Source of the DNA: Rhina ancylostomus
Lineage: Eukaryota
Assembly: GCA_030265395.1 (NCBI GenBank)
Contig: JARFYF010000052.1
Location: 114,726,505-114,790,504, forward strand
Reading direction: 5' to 3'
Length of the DNA stretch: 64,000 nucleotides
Below the pieces are notes generated by a model, which did no database searches, was not told the origin of the DNA, and worked only from the letters and a program-made list of their open reading frames with translations. Shown here in pieces: positions 1 through 11,225 of the stretch. Position numbers and translations under genes: made by a program. Positions within the stretch are counted from its first letter, which is position 1. The number at the start of each line of letters is the position of its first letter.

Positions 1-228
1 CTGGCTTGATCTGCCCATCATCCTTCACGCCTCCTCAGTCCACCTATCACCCATTATTCCTCTCTTTTTACTGGCTATCTCCCCTCTCCATTCCTAGTTC
101 TGATGTAGAGTTTCAACCAGAAATGTCAACAATTCCTTTCCTCCAACAGATGCTGCTTGACCCCTTTGATTTCCTCCAGCAGATTATTTGTGCTCCAGAT
201 TCCAGCTTCTGCAGTCTCTTGTATCTCT
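1..228 (+). mobile_element. Penelope-like element terminal repeat (pLTR) remnant
   Basis: C-rich tract (cacctatcac...ctggctatctcccct), a degenerate hammerhead motif at 96-131, then cagatgctgcttgaccc...cctccagca...ctccagattccagc. The same sequence terminates the RT-bearing element at 17782-19078. Confidence 0.7.
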
Positions 229-1944
229 TATTGTTCAGGTAAATTCTCCAACCCAAGTGGTAATGAACAGCTATACCTTTGTAGCAACATGGACTCCATG
301 AGACATTCAACAATAGAGTACAATCAAAGGCTTCCTTAAGAACAGCTATCCTGAAGTTTGGAAATTATAAATTTGAACATGCATATACAGGAATCCTGAA
401 TTTACAGGGAACTGATAACAGTTATTCACAGGACTACCCAGGATGCCTGTAAAAACAGAGCCACTTTTCTCAAGTAAAATCAGCATCCACTATTCAGTCA
501 TAGCTTGCCACCTTGTACAGCCAGCCCATCACACCGCCTTAGAAACACATGGACCATCACTTCTAATGCATCCAAATCCTCTTTGAGTGTGCTCCATCTC
601 CAACATAAGCGCATATGATTCACCTCATCCTTTGAACTGTCTTCTTCACAGAATTTTTGCATTGTTTCAGAACTTACTGTCTGCATTTAAACTCCACAAT
701 TTTCAATGTCTTTTTATCTGACATACGAATAATTTCATTTCTCGCATGCTATTTAGACAGTTGTTTTAGCTGAAATAACATGCAGATGCTTCAGGGAGAA
801 TAAATGGTCCTTGCAAGTACAGTCTGTCTTTGAGGCAGTCTGAAGGGATTGTACATAAGACATTGTGAAGTGCTAAGAAATGTCAAGCATATGCTTCTTT
901 GACAAAAAATTGAACACAAGCCAGAATGCTGGGATGATCATTATTTTGAGCCTAGATATTATTTAGATGGGTTTGGAAGTTGTGCTTAGTAAAGAAGCTG
1001 CAGTGGCTAATGGAATGTGCTTCCTCATTTTATGTACCAATCTGTTCAGGTAGTTGCATCTATTTCCATTGTTAATTTAGAAGGTAATAGTTCCCTTCTC
1101 TTAAGTGCAGATTAGAACAGTGGAAATTTTGTTTTGATGTTCCTACAGATGTCAGAGCATGTGCCTGGAGAGATGAACAAGTCATAATGTTTCTGTCAGT
1201 TTCTAATCACACAGAAAAAGAGTATTTTTATCGCTTTCAGCAGAATTTCAGATCCATCTAAAAACACGCTATTATTTCCCTCCATTGGTAATGCATTAAA
1301 GAACAAATTGAGTTTCTTCAGAAGTCATGTTAATACAATATCAGCATGAAAAGAAATTCACAACATTTAAGGAGCCTAGGGGTAAACTATTTCCTTGAAA
1401 GTTGCAATAAGGACTGAAGGTGAAATTTTGTCTTTTAAATATAATTGAAAGAATGTTTTCCCTCCCGCCCTTTTTTGTTTGCAGTCTAAATAAATTGTAG
1501 GATTACATCTTCAACAGTTCTGATTTCTGTGGAGATTTGCCAGTTTAAGTCTCAAAACTGAAACAGCTATTTCTTTATGGAGTTAGTTCATGCATTATTT
1601 TTATCTATTTGCAGTTGGTTTTTTTCCCATTCCTTTTGCATGTAATCACAGTAATTCTTTCCTGTCAAACACTAAAAACTTGTCAATTGTGAATTTTGGC
1701 ATTTGATTGACTGTGCAGTGGAAACGCTGGCCAATCATCTATCTCAGCAACAAGGCCACATCTGTGGTTATACCCTCCTAGCAACCTTATCACTAAGTGG
1801 TATTCAGCATCCTGATGCAGATTGGGGTTTAGATGTCATGGAGGCATCAGAGGCCAACTTACTTTGGCTGCGATGTGCATCACTCTTCTTTTATCATGGA
1901 TCCTGTCCATCTTCTACTCCTCCTCCTCATCCAAAGAGACTCTG

Positions 1945-2855
1945 TCCTCTCTGGCTTCTTGTGCAGAGTACAGAAGACCACCACTATTCTGAAGAGTCTG
2001 GCTGGTATATTTTGAAAGGTAGTAACAGATCTGTCCATTCACCTAAAGACCATCTTCAACAAGCTGATCTTTTTTTCAGACAGGTTATTTTCTTAGTTGG
2101 TGGCTTTTGTTTTATTGTTTCTGAGCCTTGTTGCTTCACAAGTTGTCATCTGCCATTTTTAAGAGTTTATGCCTTTGAGTAACCAGTCCTAAAGTCAATT
2201 CAGAGATGTGAAGAAGTCAAGGAGAGTGCACTCCACATATAAACTTGCATCAGGTATGGCAAGCAGGGTCATGCCTCAGTCATCCCCCACCATCCCCGAC
2301 AATCATCTAAAGTAAATGTGTATTTATGATATATGTGCACACATTTGTCCTGCAACATTAAGAATGCATATGTGTACCTCTTGAAAAGATGGTAAAACTA
2401 AAGTCCTGCACACCCCTGACCGCACAGGAACAAATTCACCTGCAAAAAAGTCTTCTTCTGGGTACTGACCAGGCAGGTGATCAAAATGAAAGGCTTTGTG
2501 GTTCAGGTGTGCACCTAGTCGTTCTATTTCAGCCAGTGGCACCTTGCACATGTGGGAAGCCAACCAGAGCTGATACATGAGCTTCTGTGCTTTCTAATTG
2601 GCCTCACCCATAGATTTAGTTGCCTTGGACATCTAGGCATCAGTCAGCTGTTTGATGCCTTTGTATGTTGCCCTCTGAGAACTTGCATAAGCCTGGAAGA
2701 GTGCCGGGGCATAGGTGTTGAAGAACAGACATTTTTGACAATGACTCGAAAAGTGTGGCTACTAAGTAAAACAGGTACAGGTCTTGTTCCAGATGCTATC
2801 AGTGCACTGACATAATGAGCCCCCTCAGACATTGCTTTTCAAACATCTTGAAGAA
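1945..2855 (-). mobile_element. PIF/Harbinger transposase fossil (frameshifted)
   Basis: Manual minus-strand translation gives colinear blocks in different frames: KMFEKQCLR, FNTYAPALFQ, TYKGIKQLTDA, VGFPHVQGA, LNHKAFH and LKMVFR*MDRSVTTFQNIPARLFRIVVVFCTLH. These resemble HARBI1-type motifs (GSFQ, GFPxVxGAIDCTH, NRKGFHS, LKxRFRCLDRS...CCxLHN). Confidence 0.65.
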
Positions 2856-3001
2856 ACAGTGTAGCAAAATGAAAAGTAGATCACTAATCACAATACCAGC
2901 AGGATGGCTCCACAAGTATGGAAATGGAATGAATACATCAGCTTTGAAAATCATGCAAGTACAATATCAGAAAGGCCTGTTCCCAGCCCTGGAGGCAGGG
3001 C

Positions 3002-3055
3002 GAGTGGAGTGGAGTCGAGTGGAGTGGAGTGGAGTGGGGTGGGGTGGGGTGGGGT
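3002..3055. repeat. Compound pentanucleotide microsatellite (GAGTG)n followed by (GGGGT)4
   Basis: Directly visible tandem units. Confidence 0.9.
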
Positions 3056-3359
3056 GACCAGGAAATTTGGGCCAGACGATTTTTTTATTGCACCTAGGTA
3101 ACTCCTTGATGAAGGAATTATGTGTTGATTTCTCTAAATCAAGGGGGTGTGTTTGAGTAACAGGAAGCTCACCCTCCAGAGTTTGGATCGGTTACTGTGA
3201 ATCTCACCCTCTTAGGCCTTGTGTAGATTACTGGAAATATAGTCCTCTGGAGTCTTGGAGATATTACTGGGAATATCATTTTCCTCTCTCCTCTTGATTG
3301 ACCCAGGACCTCTCGCACACCTCTTTCTTTCCCAACCCAGCCCCTGTTACCCAGTTTCC

Positions 3360-3820
3360 CCTCCCCCATCTTGATTCGATCTTCCTATTACATGCACTCT
3401 ATTCATTCAGTCTCCCATCCACTCCCCTTCCTCCACTGTTATAATCTTCCCACAGTCCCTCCCTTATCTGGTTTCACTAGTCACCTTTTCTTATCAGATT
3501 CCATGATCTGAAGTCCTTGTTGTGTCAACTATTCGCCTCCCAGCCTCTGTCACTATCTAACCCCTCCCTCCCCCACTTAGCTCCATCTGCCCATCAACCC
3601 TCCTCATCTGGATCCACCTATCACCTGCCAGCTCCTACCTTCCCCTTCCCCCTCATTTCTTTGTGCTGGCTATTTCCTCTTTACACACTCAGTCCTGATG
3701 CAGAGTCTCAACCCAAGACATGGACTATTCCTTTGCCTCCAGATGCTACCTGACCCGCTGAGTTCCTCTAACAGTTTGTTTATTGCTGCGGATGCCAGCA
3801 TTTACAATCTCCTGTGTCTC
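3360..3820 (+). mobile_element. Penelope-like 3' region/pLTR remnant
   Basis: Pyrimidine-rich body, ccacctatcacctgccagc, agtcCTGATG...gact at 3691-3726, then cagatgctacctgacccgctgagttcctc. Confidence 0.7.
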
Positions 3821-5209
3821 CACCAAAATTACAAATGCAGAATATTGTTGGAACAGTTATTTGTGACTCCCTTGATCCGCTGAGCTATAATGTATCCTTG
3901 AAACAGATGCTGAATTTATGGAGATGGATAAACAGGAAGAATTTGTATCCAGCCAGCTAAAGGGATGAGCTTAAAATAAAAAGGAGTAAAGTGTATGGCA
4001 TATAGTTGGTTTAATCCACTTAAGGGAAAAAGAAGCAGCTTTGGAAAAGTAATTCTTTCACAAAAAACTCCAGGAGAATTATTAGAGAAACTTAACAACA
4101 AATTGTAACTTCAGGTGAAATGCATGAAAGAAATCAATAAAAATTGAAGGTATTCCAACTGTGTCCAATCCTGGAAGGCTCTGGCCTCCAGAAAGAAACT
4201 GTACAATATTTTGTTAAGTATCCTTGTGAATTGAAGGGTGTGGTTGGTTGGTGTACCAAAACTCCTTGAAATGTTCAGTAGAACATTGAAATATATCTTA
4301 ATTGCTACCCATAAGTGTTTAAAGGAGAAAATTAAAGTGAACTATTGCGTGAAAACACTTTCATTTACAATGTTTATGCAAGAAACTGTTTTCATTTAGT
4401 ACAAAGAATAAGCACTAACTTTATTTATACTTCCATCATGCAACAAACAGGAAGTTGTCCTTTAAGACATTATTTGACAAAGCACAGCTGTTACTGGGTT
4501 TAAAATCTAATATTAACAATTAAGTGACTAGTCATTTGCTCCATTTGCACAGAATATATTTTTCACTATCGACAGTGTACTTGGAAAATAAGTTCCACGT
4601 ACCTTTGAATATGTTTGATTGGACCATGTGATGAAAAAATATTACTGAATCCAGATTAAATCAGTTCTATTTTCCATTTCATGCACAAAGTCACAACAAG
4701 TTTGGTACAAAATATATGACTAAAGATCTTATTAAATGGGTGAATATATTTCCTTCACCTTGATTGCCACTGATTTCAATCATTCACGATTACTCAATTA
4801 ACAAAGCCTTCTGCCTAAAGAGCAGCTTTAAGCTTTACTTAAAACAATTAATATTTGAAAAGAGTTATCATTATCATTCTTTTAACTGCTGATCAAAGTG
4901 GTACTGACTGACACTTACAGGTTGGATTCACAGCCTTCACTTGGATGACGGTCCTCAACTAGTTTGGAATGCATATGCCACAACTATCCATTTGATCATC
5001 TGGCTAATTACCCGGGGTATGGATGAATGCAGATTGAGTATAAAATTTATTCAGTTGTCAATCTTTTGCAACAGAGCAGCTGTTGAAGCAGAAAGGCAGG
5101 CTGGCCCAAGAACTCAGAGTTATTCCATTAATATGATCAACTGGAGTAGATTAACATCGTGTTTTCATTATTCTTGTGAAGTTTTCAGCCTTGGCACAGA
5201 AGCTGCAAT

Positions 5210-5345
5210 CAATTCTCTGACTCAGAAGTTTGTGGGTTCAAATCCCACTGCAGGGATATGTTCACATAATGTATGCTGACAGTCCATTATATGCCAAGGA
5301 AAAGGAGTATTATCTTTTGGATAAGATATTATACTTTGACCCTGA
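5210..5345 (+). mobile_element. 5' fragment of a tRNA-derived Deu-SINE (SacSINE1-like)
   Basis: ctctgactcagaagtttgtgGGTTCAAATCCcact (Pol III B-box), similar to the head of the longer copy at 45125. Confidence 0.5.
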
Positions 5346-5399
5346 CCTAAAAGTTCATTCCTGATCAGTCTTGCCCAATGCCCTAGATAGTAGCGGCCG

Positions 5400-6201
5400 T
5401 GCATTGTATTCTGCTCTGAACCTCAGATGGTGATGAGGAGACGTATAGAAGTGAGTTAGATTGGCTGGTTGAATGGTTTCCAACAACAACCTGACACTCA
5501 ACATCAGCAAGACCAAGGAATTGATTGTGGACTTCAGGAAGGGGTGTTTGGGGAACACACACCACTCCTCATTGATGGTGAAAAGGGTGAGCAGCTTCAA
5601 GTTCCTGGGCGACAGCATCTCAGAGGATCTATCTTGGGCCCGATGCATTGATGGAATCATGAAGAAGGCATGCCGGCAGCTCTACTTCATTAGGAGTTTG
5701 AGGAGGTTTGGTATGTCACCAAAGACTCTTGCAGATTTCTACAGATGTATATTGGAGAGCATTCTAACTGCTTGCATCACCTCCTGGTATGGGGGCTCCA
5801 ATGCACAGGATCGCAAGAGGCTGCAGAAGCTTGTAGACTCAGTCAGCTCTATTATGGGCACAACCTTCCCCCCCCTTCCTCCCGGCTGTAGAGGACATCT
5901 TCAAAAGACAGTGTCTCAAGAAAGCGGCATTAATGACCTTCTCCATCCAGGACATGCCCTCTTCATGTTACCACCATCAGGAGGAGGTACAGGAGCCTGA
6001 AGACCCACACTTAACATTTTAGGAACAGCTTCTTCCCCTCCACCATCAGATTTCTGAATGGTCCATGAACACTACCTCGTTATTCCTATTTTGCACTATT
6101 TATTTATTTTTAAATTATAGTAATTTTTATGTTGCACTATACGGCTGCCGCAAAACAACAAATTTCACAACATGTGTCAGTGATAATAAACTTGATTCTG
6201 A
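5400..6201 (+). mobile_element. 5'-truncated Rex1/Babar-type LINE (post-RT region and 3' tail)
   Basis: ORF 5473-6000 reads NNLTLNISKTKELIVDFRK...FKFLG...LSW...QLYFIRSLRRFGMSPKTLADFYRCILESILT..ITSWYG. It ends in the tail gtgatAATAAActtgattctga. Confidence 0.85.
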
Positions 6202-9145
6202 AATTTAGTTCCATTGAAGTCAATGAAACTGTATTTCGGAGAGAGAGGACACATGCTTTTGCTGTTGTTTAGCACTGCCATCTGGGGATGAGTCTTCCCC
6301 TCAAATTCAAATGAGCCCTAAAGAAGTAGTACCGACCAAATTAGAATTAATACAAAACTTCAAACAAAATATGTCCAGCATTGTGTGATATAGAATAATA
6401 CCTGGTAAAATCTGGAGCTATGACAACTTGATAGGTGCAATGTGTGCAAAGTGAACCTCCCACAAGTTCCAGACCTCTGCTGGGAACCAAATGAAGTCGG
6501 TCCCCTTTACATTATTTAGTTACCTGGCTCTTTGAACCCCAAGACAAACCAAATGTTAATTGGTTCACTTGTTGAAATTCAATAGCTTTGTGGGCACAAA
6601 ATAATTCTTTTAACTGTACAAACTTTAGCTGTGGAATGGGTACTACTTAACACCTGGTTAACATAGTCTAGTCAAGGTTAGTAGTTTTGTTTTGCATACA
6701 GGACAAAAGAGGCTGAACTTTTACATTTTACTCTGCTGCTTCTAAGTTTGACAACTAATGCTTTCAATATTTTGTGGAACATCTTTTGACCGTATCGTTA
6801 TATTTAAGCTCAATTGAATGTAAACCAGCATCATTCTTCTCCATAATATTTTAGTTAAATGGCTTTTGTGGAAGCAAAACATTTTCCCTTGTTTTAAATT
6901 CAGCTGTCCAAGAAGGCTACCAAAAAGGAATGTTGAAAGCTTTTTCAAGCATGTTATTCATTAGCAAGCAGCCCAGGGATTGTGCTAGCATTTAGCCCCT
7001 TGTTTGTACAAGGACTTTAACTGCTTGTTTTGAATTCATTCAGCTGAATTTTAAATGAGCAATTGAAATGAGAAGGTGCACCAGCTTTTTGTTTCTTGCT
7101 CTTGACTGTTTAATAATATAAATCTAACACTCCAAGCTTAATTTGGCAAGAGTTGACCTTCAGTACTAAAAATAAAATCTGAAAAAAAATCACCCAGCTA
7201 AGAATTGTTTCACATAAATTTGACCTGGTGAAAGCATTAATGAATATAATATGAAACATTTTTGCTGTATTTTAGGATATTATTTGTGTCTATATAGGGT
7301 TATGATAATGGGATGCAAATGTTTGGTTGTTAAGTAAGATTGGACAGCAAATAAGAATAAAATGTGATATGTTCACAATTGACGTTACATGAAGCTTTCT
7401 TTCTGGATTGTACTGCAGTAGACTTGGACCCACAAAGACTTCTCAAAGACATAGGAGCAAGCAAGTGCTATAAAGCGATTTATCCTCATTCTTTTTCCCA
7501 TCATTCAGCCTCCGTGGGAGAAAGCTGTATTTATTTAATTAAATTTAGCACTCTAATACTGTAAGCATACAGACTTCATCCACAACACAGATCCATTCAT
7601 TTGGTATTTGATCATGGAATCAAAACTGGTCTGGTTGCGAGGCAACTCGGTCAGATCAGTAAACAGCCCATAAGACCATCTGCTTGCTCATCATCTGAAA
7701 TATAAGGCAAAATGATGTGTTTAATCTCCATGCCATTTAAAGGGAGTGTATTTTCAATAGGGACTGCTTAACTTTCACACATCAGTGGTGGTATTGCACT
7801 TTAGTACAGCACAACATTGCTCGCTAACTGTTTTCAGTAAGTTGAGAGAAATTTTTCAACATAGTGGAACAGAGATAGACTGAGAGAGAGGTTCAACTCC
7901 AATCACAGTGGAGAACTACCAAGTGGCTTTGTCATTTAAATCTATTTGATGGAATAATTCCACATCCCACAAAAACACACAAAAATAGGAGCAAGAGTAG
8001 GGCACCAGGCCCTTCAAGCCTGCCCTGTCATTCAATATGATCACGATTGATCAATGCTGGGCTCAACTCCTCTTCTATGCTAATTTCCCATATCCCTCAA
8101 TTCTTCAGTCTTTCAAATATTCATCAGTCTCTGTCTTAAATGATCTCACTTCCACCATCCTTAATGGCAGAGAATTCCAGAGATGCACTGCTCTCTGAGA
8201 AAAGACATTTCTAACACCTGTTTTAAATGACTGACCCCATATTTTGTCACCATGTCCCCATGTTTATGACTCTCCCATTAGTGAGAACATCTCTACATCT
8301 ACCCTATCAAGCCCCCTTAGAATTTTATATGTTTGAATAAAATCAGTCCTCAATCTTCCAAACTCAGAATACAGACCCAAAATGTCTAGCCTCTCTTGAA
8401 AGGAAAACCCTCTCATCTTGTGTATTATCCTGCTGAACCTTCTTTGGACTGCCTCTAATGCTACTATATCCTTTTTTAAGTAAGGGGACCAAAGCTGTGC
8501 ACAGTATTCCAGGTGTGGCCTCATCGACACCTTGTACAGCTGTAACAAAACCTCACTATTCTTAAATTCCAGCCCCTTTGCAATAAAGACTAAAATGCCA
8601 TCTGCCTTCTCAACTATTTGTTGGAGCTGCCTGCTAATTTTTTGTGATTCATGCACTAGAACACCTAGATCCCTCTGAACGTCATTCCTTGACAGTCTCT
8701 CTCCATTTAAATTATAATCCGCTTTTTAATTCCTCTTACTAAGGTGCATGACTCCACACTTCCCCTCATTAAACTCCATTTGTCAGGTTTTCACGCAGTC
8801 ATTCAATCTATCTATATCCTGTTCCAGAATCACAATGTTCTCGTCACAATATGTCTTTCCACCTATTTTCGTATCAACAGCAAACTTGGGAACCTTACAT
8901 TTTGCACCTCTTCCAGGTCATTAATGTAAATAGTGAACAATTAAGAGCAAAGAACTGATCCCAGGGGTACTCCATTAACTACTTCCCTCCAGCCTGAGAA
9001 GGATCCATTTAATCTAACTTTGGTTTTCTACGTGACAGCCTGTTTTCAACCACGCTAACACACTTCCTCCAATACCTTGGGCTATTAACTTATGCATCAG
9101 TCGCATATCTGGCACCTTGTCAAATTCCTTTTGCAAATCCAAATG

Positions 9146-9465
9146 CAAGTCACCCCTGGAAAATGAATAGGTTTCAGTTTTACAGCTGTCCATAAGTCGA
9201 TTTTGCCTGTGTCGGAAAATACACAGGAATCACTTGATGTGGTAACCATACCTCCAGTGTATTGTAATAAATGGCATCAGAAGCACATAAGACTGATAAG
9301 AAAGAGCAATTACTAAAAGTGGGGAGAGAGAGGAAACTAGTTCAGCCATTCATAGTAATGAAAATATGTATGTGCAATGGATTTTTGAATTTAATAATAT
9401 CATGGGAGCTCATTCGAATGTAGTGGTGTCCATAAGTCAGATTCATGTTACCCAGAAACAGCCTG
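9146..9465. mobile_element. Tc1/mariner (Tigger-like) non-autonomous element nested in the CR1
   Basis: Interrupts the CR1 sequence aaatccaaa[TA]cactacatc. Left flank is TG (9144-9145) and right flank is TA (9466-9467). Ends are caagtcacccctgg / cccagaaacagcctg, and gtccataagtc occurs near both ends. Confidence 0.6.
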
Positions 9466-9577
9466 TACACTACATCTATTGGTTCCACTCTATCAACTTT
9501 CTCTGTAACCCCATCAAAGGATCGAGCAAAATTGTCAAACATGATTTATCTTTCATAAAACTATGCTGACTAGGTTA

Positions 9578-9767
9578 AAACACAAACAAATTCTGGAGGA
9601 ACTCAGCAGGTTAGGCAGCGTCTATGGAGGGAAATGAACAGTTGACATTTCAGGTCAAGACCCGTCATCAGAACCTTCATAGCTGCAGCCTGACCTGTTG
9701 AGTTTGTCCATCATTTTGTGTGTGTTGCTCCAGATTCCAGCGACTGCAGAATCTTTTGTGTTCCCTT
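9578..9767. mobile_element. Fold-back Penelope-derived mini-element with 11-bp TSD
   Basis: TSD tgactaggtta at 9567-9577 and 9768-9778. Inverted arms 9581-9630 and 9674-9724 match at 39 of 51 positions in a manual alignment. Confidence 0.85.
9639..9675 (-). ncRNA. Putative minimal type I hammerhead ribozyme
   Basis: Minus strand reads GGUU CUGAUGA C GGGU CUUG ACCU GAAA UG UC AACUG. Core boxes CUGANGA, GAAA and UH are intact; stem I is GGUU/AACU, stem II is GGGU/ACCU, and stem III is vestigial. Activity is untested. Confidence 0.65.
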
Positions 9768-11044
9768 TGACTAGGTTATTCAGCTTTCCTAAATAATTAT
9801 TTACTTCCTCTTTGGTTATTGACTCAAGTGTCTTGCCAACAATAGATGTCAATCTATCTGGCCTATACAGTAGTTATTTACCTTCTGTCTTTCCTTTTTG
9901 AAGAAGGGAGTCATATTAGCTGTTTTCTAGATTTCTGGTACCATCTCAGAATTTAGTGAGTTTTGAAAAATTTCAGCCAATGGATCCACAATCTCTGTGC
10001 CACTTCCTTCCAAACCCTTAGGTGCAACCCATCAAATTCCAGCCATTTGTCTACCTTTAGCTCTGTCTTTTTCTTTAATACTTTATTCCTTGTTAGTGGG
10101 ATTTTTACAAGTTCTTCCCTGTTATTTGTAATTAACCCATCTGTTATCTTACGGATATTTGCAGAATCTTCCATCATGATGCCTGTTGCAAAAATGTTGA
10201 TTCAGTACATCTGCCATTCCTTTGTTTCTTGTTATTAATTCACCAGCCTCATTCTCTAGATTTCGCTCACTGACATCAGACACATTCTTCCTCTTTATAT
10301 ATCCATAGAAACTTTTACTTTTTGTTTTGATATTATATGTGTTTTCTCTCAAAATCAGTTTTCCCCCTTATGAGTTTTTTAGTTTTTTGCTGATGTATCC
10401 TAAAGTATACCCAGTCCTCTGGCCTACAACCAGTTCTTGCCACTTTGTATTTCTGACTTTTCAATTTTATCCTTGACCTCCTTTGTTAATCACAGGTTAT
10501 GCCTCTTTCTCATGCAATCCCTCTTTCTAATTGGGATAATTTACTGCTGAATATTATGGTCCAGCTTTTTGAATATCTGCCACTGTTCATCTACTGATCT
10601 GTCTCTTACCTTATTTTCCAGTCCAACTAAGATAACTCCACATTCATACCATTCTAAAAGCCCCAATTTGAGTTGAAGACAGTGGTTTTGGTCCTGTAGT
10701 GTTCACCCTCAAACTGCATCTGGAATGGTCACAACCTCCTAGGGGATCTTTAACCACAAGCTGTCTTATTAATCCTACTTCATTAGTCATGACCAAATCT
10801 AAAATAGCCTATTGCCGGGTAGGTTCTATAATATACTGCTCCAAGAAGCAACCCCTGGCGCATTCCACAAAACCTTCTTCCATGATACTCTTGCGGGTTT
10901 GGTTTGTCCAATCATAGATAGATACAAAACTCCCATAACAATTGCAATTAGCTTCCAACATGCCCTTGATATTTCCCCATTTACACTCTGCACTATCAAG
11001 TGGACATGTCTTCATTCCACTGCTGTGCATGATTTCAACCCAAA

Positions 11045-11225
11045 TCACAGGTTGTGGAGGTTGGTAAGTTAATTGGCCATTGTTAAATTCCCCCTAGTGT
11101 GTAGGTGAATGATAGAATCTGGAGGACTTGATGAAAATTTGGAAAGAATGACATGGAATTGGTGTAGGATTAGTGTAAGTGGGTGCTTGTTGGATGATGT
11201 GGGCTTGGTGGGCCAAAAGGCTTGT
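11045..11225 (+). mobile_element. HE1/V-SINE-like 3' fragment
   Basis: ggttggtaagttaattggccattgttaaattccccctagtgtgtagg...ttggtgggccaaaagg, similar to the copy at about 42000. Confidence 0.6.

Larger units (their letters stand above)
7970..11020 (-). mobile_element. Decayed CR1-clade LINE (HER1-like), about 3 kb from endonuclease to 3' end, with two nested insertions
   Basis: Colinear minus-strand ORF pieces: FLEQYIIEPTRQ (APE endonuclease), NIKTKSKSFYGYIKRK, LKVDK..FDGLHLRVWKE, TSIVGKTLESI, VDRVEPIDVVY and LYKVSMRPHLEYCAQLWSPYLKKDIVALEAVQRRF. Confidence 0.9.

Noticed and set aside
1703-2182. 159-aa plus-strand ORF as a host gene
   Set aside because: It has no domain signal and overlaps the antisense of the Harbinger fossil.
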